NCBI GenBank assembly: GCA_964466945.1
Contig: CAYXPA010000002.1
Span: forward strand, 24,837 to 88,836
Length of the DNA stretch: 64,000 bases
Origin: an uncultured Verrucomicrobiota bacterium
GTDB taxonomy: Bacteria; Verrucomicrobiota; Verrucomicrobiia; Limisphaerales; J093
Direction of reading: 5' to 3'
Every line of letters begins with the position of its first letter. Position 1 is the stretch's first letter. Below the pieces are notes generated by a model. That model was not told the origin of the DNA. It searched no databases and was given only the letters and a program-made list of their open reading frames with translations. Position numbers and translations under genes: made by a program. Shown here piece after piece: positions 27,215 through 36,370 of this stretch.

Positions 27215-29419
27215 TCATTGGTTCAGCAGCCGGTCCACCAGCCGCAGGTAGTCGCCCTTGCGTGATCCCCAACTGTTGCGCGCGGCAAGGGCCAGCCCGC
27301 GCGCCACCCGTTCCCGACGGACGGCGCCGTCGCTCAGCACCCGCAGCAGGGCCTCCGCCAGCGCGGTTTCGTTGCCGGACTCGAAGAATTCCACCACGGA
27401 ATCATCGAAGTAAAAGCGGTCAATTTGGGTGTCGGAAACCACCATCGGCACGCCCAGGGCCAGGAACTCGAGGATTTTGGTGCTGAAGGCCTCGTTACCG
27501 AAAGTATCGGCGCGTTTGGGCACCACCCCCACGTCGGCCACGGCCATGCGGTCGGCGATCTCGCGCGGCGGCAGAAAATCAAAGAATCGCACCTTGTCGG
27601 CCAGTCCCAACTCGCGCGCCAGCGCTTCCAGCTCTCCCCGCAGGTTGCCCTCGCCGTAGATGTGGAATTCGGCCTCCGGCAACCTGGCGCAGAGCTTCGC
27701 CATGGCGCGGATGGCAATGTCCACTCCCTGATGCCATTGCAACCCGCCCGGGAACATGACGATGCGCCGTCCGTTGGGCGGCGGCCGCGGCCGCGGGCGG
27801 AACATCTCGGTGTCCACGTAGTTGATGAACACCGAGCACTTCTCCGGCGGCGCCGAGCGGCGGGTGAACTTCTCGAACCACAGATGGTTGGACAGGATCA
27901 CATGGTCGGCGAAGGCCGCGGCCCGCCGCTCGATCCACTGCAACATCCGCACCGCAGGAGCAGTCGGCGACACGCCAAATTTGCTGACGAAGAACTCGGG
28001 CACGATGTCATGGATGTCCAGGATGATCCGCGCCCCGGCAAGACGCGGATACCAAGCGGCAAAAACGAGAAAATCCGGCACGTTGTGCACGTGCACGAGG
28101 TCATAGCGGTTGGCTCGGTGCCGCCGTCTCAGCCACGAGGAGGCCACCCAGGAAAAACGCAACAAGGGCAGGAGGTAGGAAAGCTTGGAGCGCTCTTTCC
28201 GGCCCGCGCGGGTCTGAAGGTAGAAGACCCGCACCCCGTCCACGATCTGCTCGCGCGGCCCGCTGCCGTTGCGTCGCAAGGCGATCGCCTCGACCTCGTC
28301 GCCCCGCTCGGCCAGGGCTTCGCCATAGCGCCGCACGCGCCGGTCCGACTCGTAATACGAGTGGGTCACCATGCACACGCGGCGGCGCGGCACGGGCGGA
28401 GAAGCGAGGCCCGCCACAAATCTCGCCATGTCCCGGGGCAACGGATGCCAGTAGGCCGCCGCGTAACGCTGGCGAACGTATTGCAACAGTTCCTCGTAGA
28501 AGGCCGAGGGGTACGTGCGTGAATCGGCCGATTGGCCCGGGAATCGCACGTAATCCGGATGCACATTGACCAGCACCATGCCGCCGTGCTGCGCCACCCA
28601 GTCCAGTTTCCGGCGCCACACGTCTATACTCCGCTCGCCGAACAGCAAAAAGAGCGTCGAGTCCTGCGGCAGCGTGTAGGGCAATTCCACATATCCCGAG
28701 GGCGGCGAGCCGAGGGCAGAATGCAAAACCCCGGCCGGCACGGCATCGTTGCCCGTGGCCGCGCTGCTCGGCGTCAGCTCGGGCTGTTGCTCCCCGACCT
28801 CCGGTTTCCGGACGAAAAACGGGAAAATGGTGCGTTGGCCGTCCGGCTGCGGCTCGAAGGGATCGGTGTCAAACGTCGAGGCGTCGTAGAGGATGTCCAA
28901 GTCGTGGAGCCAGCTCAGTTCATGGAGCATGAAGCCCGACCGGAACCCGACGGCGCCCCAGTCGCGCAGGTACCGGTTGATGCGGACCGCCTTGTCCGCA
29001 AAGGTGCGCCGGCTTTGGTAGAGCTTCCCATCATGACGCAGGTCGTGCACGCCGACCTCGAACCCTTGGCGGGTAAGCTCTTGGCGCAGGTCCGCCGGGA
29101 TGGGGCGTTCGCCCTCGGGGATGAAGTTGAACGAGGAGCGGAACCCGAGTCGCAACTCCAGCTCCATCAGTTGGCGACATTTCGTCATGCCGGCACGTCC
29201 CTCGACATCGTGCGTGAGGACGAGCGCGAACTGCTTGCCCTCGGGCCAGCCGGGCCAGCCAGGGGGCGGCTTTTCCGAGCCGGGCAGGATGGGCCACACC
29301 TCGGCCGAGCGCCGCCGCTTGCGCAGGGCAAACCAGTGGCGGATAGCAAGGCGCGCGCGCCAGGGCAGAAACGGCTTTAGGCCGTAGTAAAAGCGGCGGG
29401 AAAGCATTGGTGCAGCCAT
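27215..29419 (-). CDS. two-domain protein: N-terminal deacetylase-like (CE4-superfamily-like) domain fused to a C-terminal GT4 (GT-B) glycosyltransferase
   Basis: ORF 27215-29584, start set at ATG 29419 (alternative 29407). The N-terminal half has FALVLTHDVEGRAG, FEVGVHDLRHDG and VNVHPDY. The C-terminal half has VCMVTHSYYESDRRVRRYGEALAERGDEV, VHVHNVPDFLVF and a GT-B E-x7-E-type region (FGNEAFSTKILEFLALGVPMVVS). Confidence 0.75.
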   Translation of the reverse strand: MAAPMLSRRFYYGLKPFLPWRARLAIRHWFALRKRRRSAEVWPILPGSEKPPPGWPGWPEGKQFALVLTHDVEGRAGMTKCRQLMELELRLGFRSSFNFIPEGERPIPADLRQELTRQGFEVGVHDLRHDGKLYQSRRTFADKAVRINRYLRDWGAVGFRSGFMLHELSWLHDLDILYDASTFDTDPFEPQPDGQRTIFPFFVRKPEVGEQQPELTPSSAATGNDAVPAGVLHSALGSPPSGYVELPYTLPQDSTLFLLFGERSIDVWRRKLDWVAQHGGMVLVNVHPDYVRFPGQSADSRTYPSAFYEELLQYVRQRYAAAYWHPLPRDMARFVAGLASPPVPRRRVCMVTHSYYESDRRVRRYGEALAERGDEVEAIALRRNGSGPREQIVDGVRVFYLQTRAGRKERSKLSYLLPLLRFSWVASSWLRRRHRANRYDLVHVHNVPDFLVFAAWYPRLAGARIILDIHDIVPEFFVSKFGVSPTAPAVRMLQWIERRAAAFADHVILSNHLWFEKFTRRSAPPEKCSVFINYVDTEMFRPRPRPPPNGRRIVMFPGGLQWHQGVDIAIRAMAKLCARLPEAEFHIYGEGNLRGELEALARELGLADKVRFFDFLPPREIADRMAVADVGVVPKRADTFGNEAFSTKILEFLALGVPMVVSDTQIDRFYFDDSVVEFFESGNETALAEALLRVLSDGAVRRERVARGLALAARNSWGSRKGDYLRLVDRLLNQ

Positions 29420-29935
29420 CAGCGTTCTCGCTGGCCCGGATACTCCACGCGGTGGGAGCGCCTTCCGACGGGGCGCGCGCTTCGGGTCCGCTGCCTGCCA
29501 CCTCTTGCTTGGCGCCAGCAGGGAGCGGTGGCTTGCAACCTGTTGGCAGCGCACCGGAGTGGGAGCAGCCGCACGGCGCGCCAAAGGAAGGCTAGCGATG
29601 GCTGGTAGGGAACCTGCGCCCCGCCAGAACGAGCCGGACCGCCAGCGTGATGAGTGTGAGATGTCCGGGATGGCCCTCTGCTGACAGGTTCACAAACGGG
29701 AGGGCAGACTTCGTCCCCGTCACTTCGCAGCACCCCGAACTTTTGGCGCCGCAAGTTGCGGTCTTGTTGCTTCTTCCCAGGTACCCTTTGTTCACGGGCA
29801 GGGGCATTTTCGCCATCAAGCCCAGCACAATACCCGATATGGCCCAAGGACTAGAGGCTCGTTTCGCCTAGCCATGCCTTCTGAACCGGGCAAAGGAGGC
29901 CCGGCGGCACACAGCATTATCCCGGACCGCTGCCG

Positions 29936-32233
29936 TCAAACATCGGTTTGCAACCGCGCCGGCAAGTAGTTGTGATAGCGGTTCAAGACTGCCGTCACAT
30001 TGGCCCGGCTTTCCGCCAGCATGGCGGCGCAACGTTTGGCTTGCTCGGTGTTGCTGCGCTCGGCCTCGATCACCAAAAAAGTCATGTCCAACAAGCCAGC
30101 CACCTTCGCCGTGACGCTGGTCTGACTGACCGGCGGCATGTCGAAAATGATGTAGTCGTAGTCGCTGGCCTTCATCTTAGGCAACAGACTGGCAAAACGT
30201 TTGGGGACCACCCCTAGCCGGCCACCGTCGGCGCGATTGAGCGACACCACGTAAAGATTATCCTGTACCTGCGCCGACTCGCGGCGGCTACCGTCCAGCA
30301 CCTCATTCAGGCCGCAACCCGGTTTGCCGCGATAAAACGGATACACCGAAGGGCCATGTTCGGGATTCATGTCCACGAGCAGTACGTTGCCTTCGCCGGT
30401 TTCGGACAGACTCTCCGCCAGTCCGGCAGCGATCGAGGAAACCCCGGCGCCGTGATGGGTGCCGGTAATGCCGACCAGCTTCGGCTTGTGGTGCATTTCT
30501 TTCAGTTCAAAAAACATGATCAACCGGTCTCGAAGAGCCTCGTGGTAGGTACGCATTGGGTGCACCGGGGCGGTCGGCGCCGGCAGGTTGGCGGGGTCCG
30601 CTTGGGAAGCGGCCGGGTCAGCGCCCGCGCTTAGCAAAGCCGACGCGGGGGGCGGCCGAACCCGCGGATGTCCGTTGCGGCTGAAATCCGGGATGGATAG
30701 AAACAGCGGCAAATGCAGCTTCTGTTCGACGTCGCTAGAACGTTTGATCGAAGAGTCCAGGAACTGCTCAATCAAAAACGCTAAGGCCAAGCCGGCGGCG
30801 ATTCCTCCAAACAGAATGAGCAATGTCGGCTTGATGGCTTGTTTTGTGTTATAAACCGGAGCGGTAGGCTCTTGGACGACGTTGATGTTGGCCAAGGAGC
30901 TGGCCCCGAGTGTTTCATCAATACGGGCCTGTTCCAAGCTGGTGCTGTAATACAGGTACTTGGTTTCCTCGCGTTGCTTGCGGCGCTGGAGCTCGGTGAT
31001 GGCCTGCTCAACCTCGTTAATCTTGGCGGTTTCGGCCCGAAGTTCTTCGAGATAATCGCGGAAGCGTTTGACCCGGGCTTCCAAGGCCGCCACCTCCGCC
31101 TCGACGGTACCGATGTCCTGGGTTTCCGCACTCAGCCCGGCCCGACCCGTGGAACTGGTAACCAAGCTGCCGGCGCGCGCAGCGGACTGCGCCAGGCGTT
31201 GCAGCCGTGGCTCACTCGCCTCCAATTCGCGGCGGTTGTTTTCCACGGCCGCAATCAGCTCGCGCACCTGGCGCACGTCCTGACTTTCGGGGGTAAACTG
31301 CGCGAGCAGCTCGACCTCCCTTCGGCGCAAGGCCTCCAGCCGCGCCAAAATGGCGTTGTATTGGCGCTCGAGCTCGGGGTCGAGCGGCTTTTCTGCCAAC
31401 GCTTCTGTCGCATTGGTCACCGGGGCCGCAGCTTGGCCGGCCAAAAGGCGGAGCTTCTCCAGCACGGTTTTGCGCTCGGCCAGTTCCGCCTCGGCGGTAA
31501 TCAATTCCTGGCGGGCGCGGGAGGATTGTTCGGCCAACATGCGTTTGGACTCCTCGAGCGAAGTCACATTGGCCTGGCGCTTGAGCTCCTGCAACTGTCG
31601 CTCGGTCTCGCTGAGTTGGGACCGGAGCAGATCGGTCTGCTTGGTTAGGAACTCGTCAAAGACTCCCACGGCCCGGTGAACCTCGGCGTGCTTGCGAAGA
31701 TACTTCTGGACCAGTTCGCGCAGGATGGGTTGGACCATTGTCGGGTCGGGGTGATTTAGCGCAACCCGGATGACACTGCTCTTACGGGGCACATCCACTT
31801 CCAAACCCTTCATGATTAAACCCGCCGCGGCAAAGCGATTGGTTCCTCCGCCGGCGCGGGCCAGGATTTTTTCCGCCCCCAACTGGTCTACCACCTCGAG
31901 GACCAGGTCCCGGCTGGTGAGAATTTCCAACTCGGAATTGATGATGTTTTCACCCCGGCTGTCCGGAGATTTGACCTCGCCCTGCGCACCCAGGTTGACA
32001 TCCACCGCGCGGGAATCACGCACGTAGCGCACCAGCAGTTTGGCCTCGGACTGAAACTGCGGGCCCTGTAAAAACCAGAAACCCGCTGCCCCCGCGACGC
32101 CCAACAAAGCGCAGGTGACGATTTTCCACTTGTGGCGGAAAAGCATGTAGTACACGTCGCCCAATTTGAGGCCGCCGGGCGGCGGGCCGGGCGAGCGTGC
32201 AGCGGTTGCAGTGGGGGAAAGCGGAGGATTCAT
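29936..32233 (-). CDS. polysaccharide co-polymerase (Wzz domain, coiled coil) fused to a BY-kinase-like P-loop domain with degenerate Walker A
   Basis: 765-aa ORF. N-terminal TM plus Wzz block (YYMLFRHKWKIVTCALLGVAG...SEAKLLV). Long coiled-coil periplasmic region, then a second TM (LLILFGGIAAGLALAFLI). C-terminal MinD/BY-kinase-like domain with Walker A' VLLVDMN and Walker B YIIFDMPPV, but Walker A reads GITGTHHGAGVS. Confidence 0.85.
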   Translation of the reverse strand: MNPPLSPTATAARSPGPPPGGLKLGDVYYMLFRHKWKIVTCALLGVAGAAGFWFLQGPQFQSEAKLLVRYVRDSRAVDVNLGAQGEVKSPDSRGENIINSELEILTSRDLVLEVVDQLGAEKILARAGGGTNRFAAAGLIMKGLEVDVPRKSSVIRVALNHPDPTMVQPILRELVQKYLRKHAEVHRAVGVFDEFLTKQTDLLRSQLSETERQLQELKRQANVTSLEESKRMLAEQSSRARQELITAEAELAERKTVLEKLRLLAGQAAAPVTNATEALAEKPLDPELERQYNAILARLEALRRREVELLAQFTPESQDVRQVRELIAAVENNRRELEASEPRLQRLAQSAARAGSLVTSSTGRAGLSAETQDIGTVEAEVAALEARVKRFRDYLEELRAETAKINEVEQAITELQRRKQREETKYLYYSTSLEQARIDETLGASSLANINVVQEPTAPVYNTKQAIKPTLLILFGGIAAGLALAFLIEQFLDSSIKRSSDVEQKLHLPLFLSIPDFSRNGHPRVRPPPASALLSAGADPAASQADPANLPAPTAPVHPMRTYHEALRDRLIMFFELKEMHHKPKLVGITGTHHGAGVSSIAAGLAESLSETGEGNVLLVDMNPEHGPSVYPFYRGKPGCGLNEVLDGSRRESAQVQDNLYVVSLNRADGGRLGVVPKRFASLLPKMKASDYDYIIFDMPPVSQTSVTAKVAGLLDMTFLVIEAERSNTEQAKRCAAMLAESRANVTAVLNRYHNYLPARLQTDV

Positions 32234-32246
32234 GTGGTCCGTGCGG

Positions 32247-33419
32247 TCAGGTTAAATGCGGGTAGAGGCGCTCACCCAGCCACCGCAGCACGGGAACCGG
32301 GAGGCGGCGGAAGAATGCCGTGTGCCAACCCATGCTGCGATCCGGTTGCCGGACAAAGCGGTCCCGGCGGAGGTCATAATGCCAATAGCCGATCGGGGTT
32401 TCCTCGGCGCCCCAACTTAGTTTGAACCGCCGCAGTCCTTGCTGCCCGACGGTGGTGCGTCCCAAGTCCAAGGTCGCACATCCCGTAGCCGCGTAGTGAC
32501 GAATGGCCGCCCACATGACCGCGTTGTTGGCCCGCAAGCGCAAATGCTCGGGTTCCGACGCTCCGAACTTGTACACGACGTGGGGGCCCGTCTGCAAGAA
32601 AATCGCGGCGGCCAAGGGGCGTCCCTGCCGGTAGGCGCAAAAGACCGCCCCCGCGCCTCGCGCGATGAGCCCGGCGTGCAAATGCCGGAAAAATCGAAGC
32701 GGCTGGGGCGGGAGGCCGTGCGTGCGCCGGGTCTGGCCGTGAAGCTCGTAAAAAGCTGCCACTGCGTCCCACGAGGTTTCTTGCCGCACCTCCACACCTT
32801 CCCGGACCGCCTTGCGAATGGCTTGGCGCACCGATCCTTCCAAACCGGCAAACAACACCGCTTCCTCCCGGTCCAGTCGCAAAACGTGTCGCCAAAAGCG
32901 CACCGCTTCCCGCCCAGCCGCAACGCCGCCATCCTCGCCGCCGCTGCGACCTTCCACGTAACGCCAACCGCGAGCGCGACCCAACTCGATGGCCGCCTCC
33001 AGCAATTCCTGTTGCTCGGCGGGGGTCGCGGCCAGCATCTCGAGGTGATCGCTGAACGGCAGCGCCACCCCGCGCCGCCCCTGCCAAAGACTGGCGCATT
33101 CCATCAAGGGCAGCAGGGCTCGGCGACCGTCGGCCGCGGGCCGCACCAGAGCCAGGGGTTTGAAGCCATAGGTGTTGGCCAACACCGCCATCCATGCCGC
33201 CGTGTGAAACACACTAGCCTGCGGCCAGGCGCGCACCCATTCGTCCCAGGTAGGCGTAGTCAGCGGGTCCACCACCGCCCACGAGCCTACTGTCGCGCCG
33301 GCACCGGCCTGTTCACCGGCAGACGCCATGCGCGTCGTAGGGAGCGTGGCCGCCCATCGGATTTCCGGCCACATCGCGGCGACACCCGTCCCGACTAACT
33401 TGTGTACGAACAGCGGCAT
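32247..33419 (-). CDS. FemAB-family (GNAT-fold) acyl/aminoacyl transferase
   Basis: 390-aa ORF. Motifs VFHTAAWMAVLANTYGFKP, GSVRQAIRKAVREGVEV, VVYKFGASEPEHLRLRANNAVMWAAI, GLRRFKLSWGAEE. Confidence 0.8.
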   Translation of the reverse strand: MPLFVHKLVGTGVAAMWPEIRWAATLPTTRMASAGEQAGAGATVGSWAVVDPLTTPTWDEWVRAWPQASVFHTAAWMAVLANTYGFKPLALVRPAADGRRALLPLMECASLWQGRRGVALPFSDHLEMLAATPAEQQELLEAAIELGRARGWRYVEGRSGGEDGGVAAGREAVRFWRHVLRLDREEAVLFAGLEGSVRQAIRKAVREGVEVRQETSWDAVAAFYELHGQTRRTHGLPPQPLRFFRHLHAGLIARGAGAVFCAYRQGRPLAAAIFLQTGPHVVYKFGASEPEHLRLRANNAVMWAAIRHYAATGCATLDLGRTTVGQQGLRRFKLSWGAEETPIGYWHYDLRRDRFVRQPDRSMGWHTAFFRRLPVPVLRWLGERLYPHLT

Positions 33420-33432
33420 CGTTCAGGTCGCT

Positions 33433-34605
33433 TCACGCGCAGGGAACCAACAGGGCCGTCACTTCCGGGACTGCGACGGCGGACCGGGTTGCTGCGTGGC
33501 GGCTCAGGCAACCCTTGAGTTCCTCGGCCACGTATTCCACTTGGTCTTCGGTCAACTCCGGATACATCGGGAGCGAGAGCACCTCTGCGGCGCACTGCTC
33601 GCTCACCGGGAACATACCGACGCGCAATCCCAGGTCGCGATACGCTTCCTGCAGGTGCACCGGGATGGGATAATGGATGCCGCAGTACACACCGCGCTCG
33701 CCCAGTTCGCGGAGCACGGCGTCGCGGTCCGGCACCCGGACCACGAAAAGATGGTAAACGTGGCGCGAGCCGGGGCGCTCGACCGGCAGGAACACACCAC
33801 CTGCGTCGGACAGGAGGGTGCGATACTGCGCGGCGTGACGGCGCCGGGCCTCGTTGCCCGCCTCCAGACGCTTGAGCTTGATCTGGAGCGCAGCGCCCTG
33901 GATGCCGTCCATGCGTGCGTTCCAGCCCACCCGGTCGTGATAGTATTTCCGGGCCTGGCCGTGGTCGCGGAGCATCGCGACCGTGCGCGCCAACTTTTCA
34001 TCATTGGTGACCACCGCTCCGCCTTCGCCCAGTGCGCCCAGGTTTTTACCGGGATAAAAACTAAAGCATCCCAGGTCACCCCAGGAGCCGGCGCGGCGCC
34101 CCTGATATGTAGCACCGTGGGCCTGGCAGGCGTCTTCCACGACCGGAATGCCATGTGCACGGGCGATGGCCAGGATGGGCTCCATGTCGGCCATCTGGCC
34201 GTACAAGTGCACGGGGATGATCGCGCGGGTCCGCGGCGTGATGGCCTGTTTGAGCAGGCGCGGGTCCATCGTATAGGTATCGCGGTCAATGTCCACAAAC
34301 ACCGGACGCGCGCCGGCGTAAGTGATGGCCTCGGCCGTGGCCATGAAAGTCATCGGCACGGTGATGACCTCGTCACCCGGTCCCACGCCCAGGGCCAAGA
34401 GCGCCAACCACAGCGCGTCCGTGCCGCTGCCGACAGCCACGCAGTGGCGCGTGCCACAGTATGTGGCGAAGTCTTTCTCGAACTGTTGCACGAAGGGACC
34501 GCCGGCGAAGGCGCTGGTCTCGAGCACGGCCTCGAAAGCCGCCACAAGCTCGTCGCGAATCGGCGCGTGATGCCGGCGCAGGTCCAGGAAGGGAACTTGA
34601 GTCAT
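33433..34605 (-). CDS. DegT/DnrJ/EryC1/StrS-family sugar aminotransferase (WbpE-like)
   Basis: ORF 33433-34812. Start moved to ATG 34605 (MTQVPFLDLRRHH), which forms an ATGA overlap with the upstream stop. PLP-lysine region CFSFYPGKNLGALGEGGAVVTND. Confidence 0.9.
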   Translation of the reverse strand: MTQVPFLDLRRHHAPIRDELVAAFEAVLETSAFAGGPFVQQFEKDFATYCGTRHCVAVGSGTDALWLALLALGVGPGDEVITVPMTFMATAEAITYAGARPVFVDIDRDTYTMDPRLLKQAITPRTRAIIPVHLYGQMADMEPILAIARAHGIPVVEDACQAHGATYQGRRAGSWGDLGCFSFYPGKNLGALGEGGAVVTNDEKLARTVAMLRDHGQARKYYHDRVGWNARMDGIQGAALQIKLKRLEAGNEARRRHAAQYRTLLSDAGGVFLPVERPGSRHVYHLFVVRVPDRDAVLRELGERGVYCGIHYPIPVHLQEAYRDLGLRVGMFPVSEQCAAEVLSLPMYPELTEDQVEYVAEELKGCLSRHAATRSAVAVPEVTALLVPCA

Positions 34606-35141
34606 AGGATGCAATTGGAGGGGCAGGGTTCGGGAGATTCCAGGCGGCGTAAAATCCGCGCGGGATTGCCGGCCACGACAGTCCACGGCGGTACGTCCCG
34701 GGTCACCACGCTGCCCGCGCCCACGAGGGCATGTTCGCCCACGGTGATGCCGGCCAGGAGCGTGGCGCCCGAGCCGATCGAGGCGCCGCGTTTGATCCGG
34801 GTGGGTACACATTCCCAGTCGGCCTCGGTTTGCAGTTCACCTTCGGCGTTGGTGGCGCGCGGGTAGAGGTCGTTGATGAAAGTCACGTTGTGCCCCACAA
34901 AGACCTCGTCCTCGATAATGACGCCCTCGCAGATGAAGGTATGGCTGGAGATTTTGCAGCGGCGGCCGATGCGGGCGCCCTTCTGAATTTCCACGAAGGT
35001 ACCGATCTTGGTGTCGTCGCCGATTTCGCAACCGTAAAGGTTGGTGAAACTGTATATGCGGACATTGACCCCGAGCTTGACGTCGGGAGCGATCAGGCAA
35101 AACGGCCGCTCCGGCAGGCGAGTGGAACCGACGGGGTGCAT
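34602..35141 (-). CDS. hexapeptide-repeat N-acetyltransferase (WbpD/WlbB-like)
   Basis: ORF 34602-35453. Start moved to ATG 35141 (MHPVGSTRLPERP), downstream of the upstream stop at 35177. Motifs IGDDTKIGTFVEIQKGARIGRRCKISSHTFICEGVIIEDEVFVGHNVTFIND and GAGSVVTRDVPPWTVVAGNPARI. Confidence 0.8.
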   Translation of the reverse strand: MHPVGSTRLPERPFCLIAPDVKLGVNVRIYSFTNLYGCEIGDDTKIGTFVEIQKGARIGRRCKISSHTFICEGVIIEDEVFVGHNVTFINDLYPRATNAEGELQTEADWECVPTRIKRGASIGSGATLLAGITVGEHALVGAGSVVTRDVPPWTVVAGNPARILRRLESPEPCPSNCIL

Positions 35142-35176
35142 GGCGCGCGGCGAGTTTGGAGGGCGTGCGGTCGTTC

Positions 35177-36334
35177 TCAATGCACGGCGAGTTCCGCAGG
35201 CGCCGCGTGGGTCTTGCCGGCGCCATTGCGCGCGGGGTGGACGCGTCCCGCCGTAGCGCCGGCCCGGGGGCGGCCGTTGGTCGGCTTGATTAACACGGGC
35301 ACGGGCTCTTCCGCTTCGGCGAGCGAGACCGGGGCTCCCTGGTTCTTGAGCGAGCGCGAGGCGGCTTCGAGGATACGAACCATCTCGAGCGCCTGGCGTC
35401 CGCCGGAGAGAGGCTCCTGGCGGGTGCGGATGCAGTCCAAGAAATGCTGGCATTCGACCTTGAGCGGCTCTTCCTGTTTGATGTACGGGGCGTACACGTC
35501 CCCGTAGTGGTACGAGTAGTGGAACTCGGCGAAGGTGTCGTAGTGCGGCGGGGTTTCCACCCGCGTGTCGAAGATGCGGAGCTTCTCGTGCGGGGTGACG
35601 TCATCGTACACGATCATGCGGCGGCTGCCCACGATGGTCATCTCACGCACCTTGCGGGGGTCGAGCCAACTGCTGTGAATCTGGGCCGAGCGTTGGCGGC
35701 GGAACTCGAGGTTGAGCAGCGTGACGTCCTCGACGCCCGGGGTCACGTGCGCGCTGCCCCGGCAGTTCACGCTCAGCGGGGTTTCTTCGAGGATGTACAG
35801 GATGATCGAGATGTCATGGGGCGCCAGGTCCCAGGTGACGTTGATGTCCTTCTGGTACAGGCCCAGATTGAGGCGCCGGGAGGCGATGTAGCGGATGTCG
35901 CCGATGTCGCCGCGGTCCACGATTTCCTTGATGCGCCGGACCACCGGGGAATACAGGAAGGTATGGCCCACCATCAGGGTCAGCCCCCGGCGGGTGCTTT
36001 CTCGAATGAGGTCCTCGCACTCAGCCACGGAGCGAGCGAGGGGTTTTTCCACAAAAACGTGCTTGCCGGCCTGGAGGGCAGCCAAAGCCAGGGCGTGGTG
36101 GGTGCCGACCGGCGTGGCCACGACGACCGCGTCGAGGCTCTTGCACTCGATCAGGTCCTCGAAGCGTGGCGTGGTGTCCACCTCCGGGTAGAGGGACTTG
36201 ACGTGGCGCAGCCGGTTTTCGTCCCGGTCGCACACGTATTTGACCCGGCAGCCGGGCAGGGCCCGGAAGTTCCGAATCAGGTTGGGTCCCCAGTAGCCGC
36301 AGCCGACTACTCCGACGTTCAGAACGCTGTTCAT
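35177..36334 (-). CDS. Gfo/Idh/MocA-family sugar-nucleotide oxidoreductase (WbpB-like)
   Basis: 385-aa ORF. Rossmann N-terminus LNVGVVGCGYWGPNLIRNF, then GKHVFVEKPLA. Sits directly upstream of the acetyltransferase and aminotransferase. Confidence 0.8.
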   Translation of the reverse strand: MNSVLNVGVVGCGYWGPNLIRNFRALPGCRVKYVCDRDENRLRHVKSLYPEVDTTPRFEDLIECKSLDAVVVATPVGTHHALALAALQAGKHVFVEKPLARSVAECEDLIRESTRRGLTLMVGHTFLYSPVVRRIKEIVDRGDIGDIRYIASRRLNLGLYQKDINVTWDLAPHDISIILYILEETPLSVNCRGSAHVTPGVEDVTLLNLEFRRQRSAQIHSSWLDPRKVREMTIVGSRRMIVYDDVTPHEKLRIFDTRVETPPHYDTFAEFHYSYHYGDVYAPYIKQEEPLKVECQHFLDCIRTRQEPLSGGRQALEMVRILEAASRSLKNQGAPVSLAEAEEPVPVLIKPTNGRPRAGATAGRVHPARNGAGKTHAAPAELAVH

Positions 36335-36370
36335 TGGGTCGAATGGCAGTTGAGGGTTTGCACAACAGGC

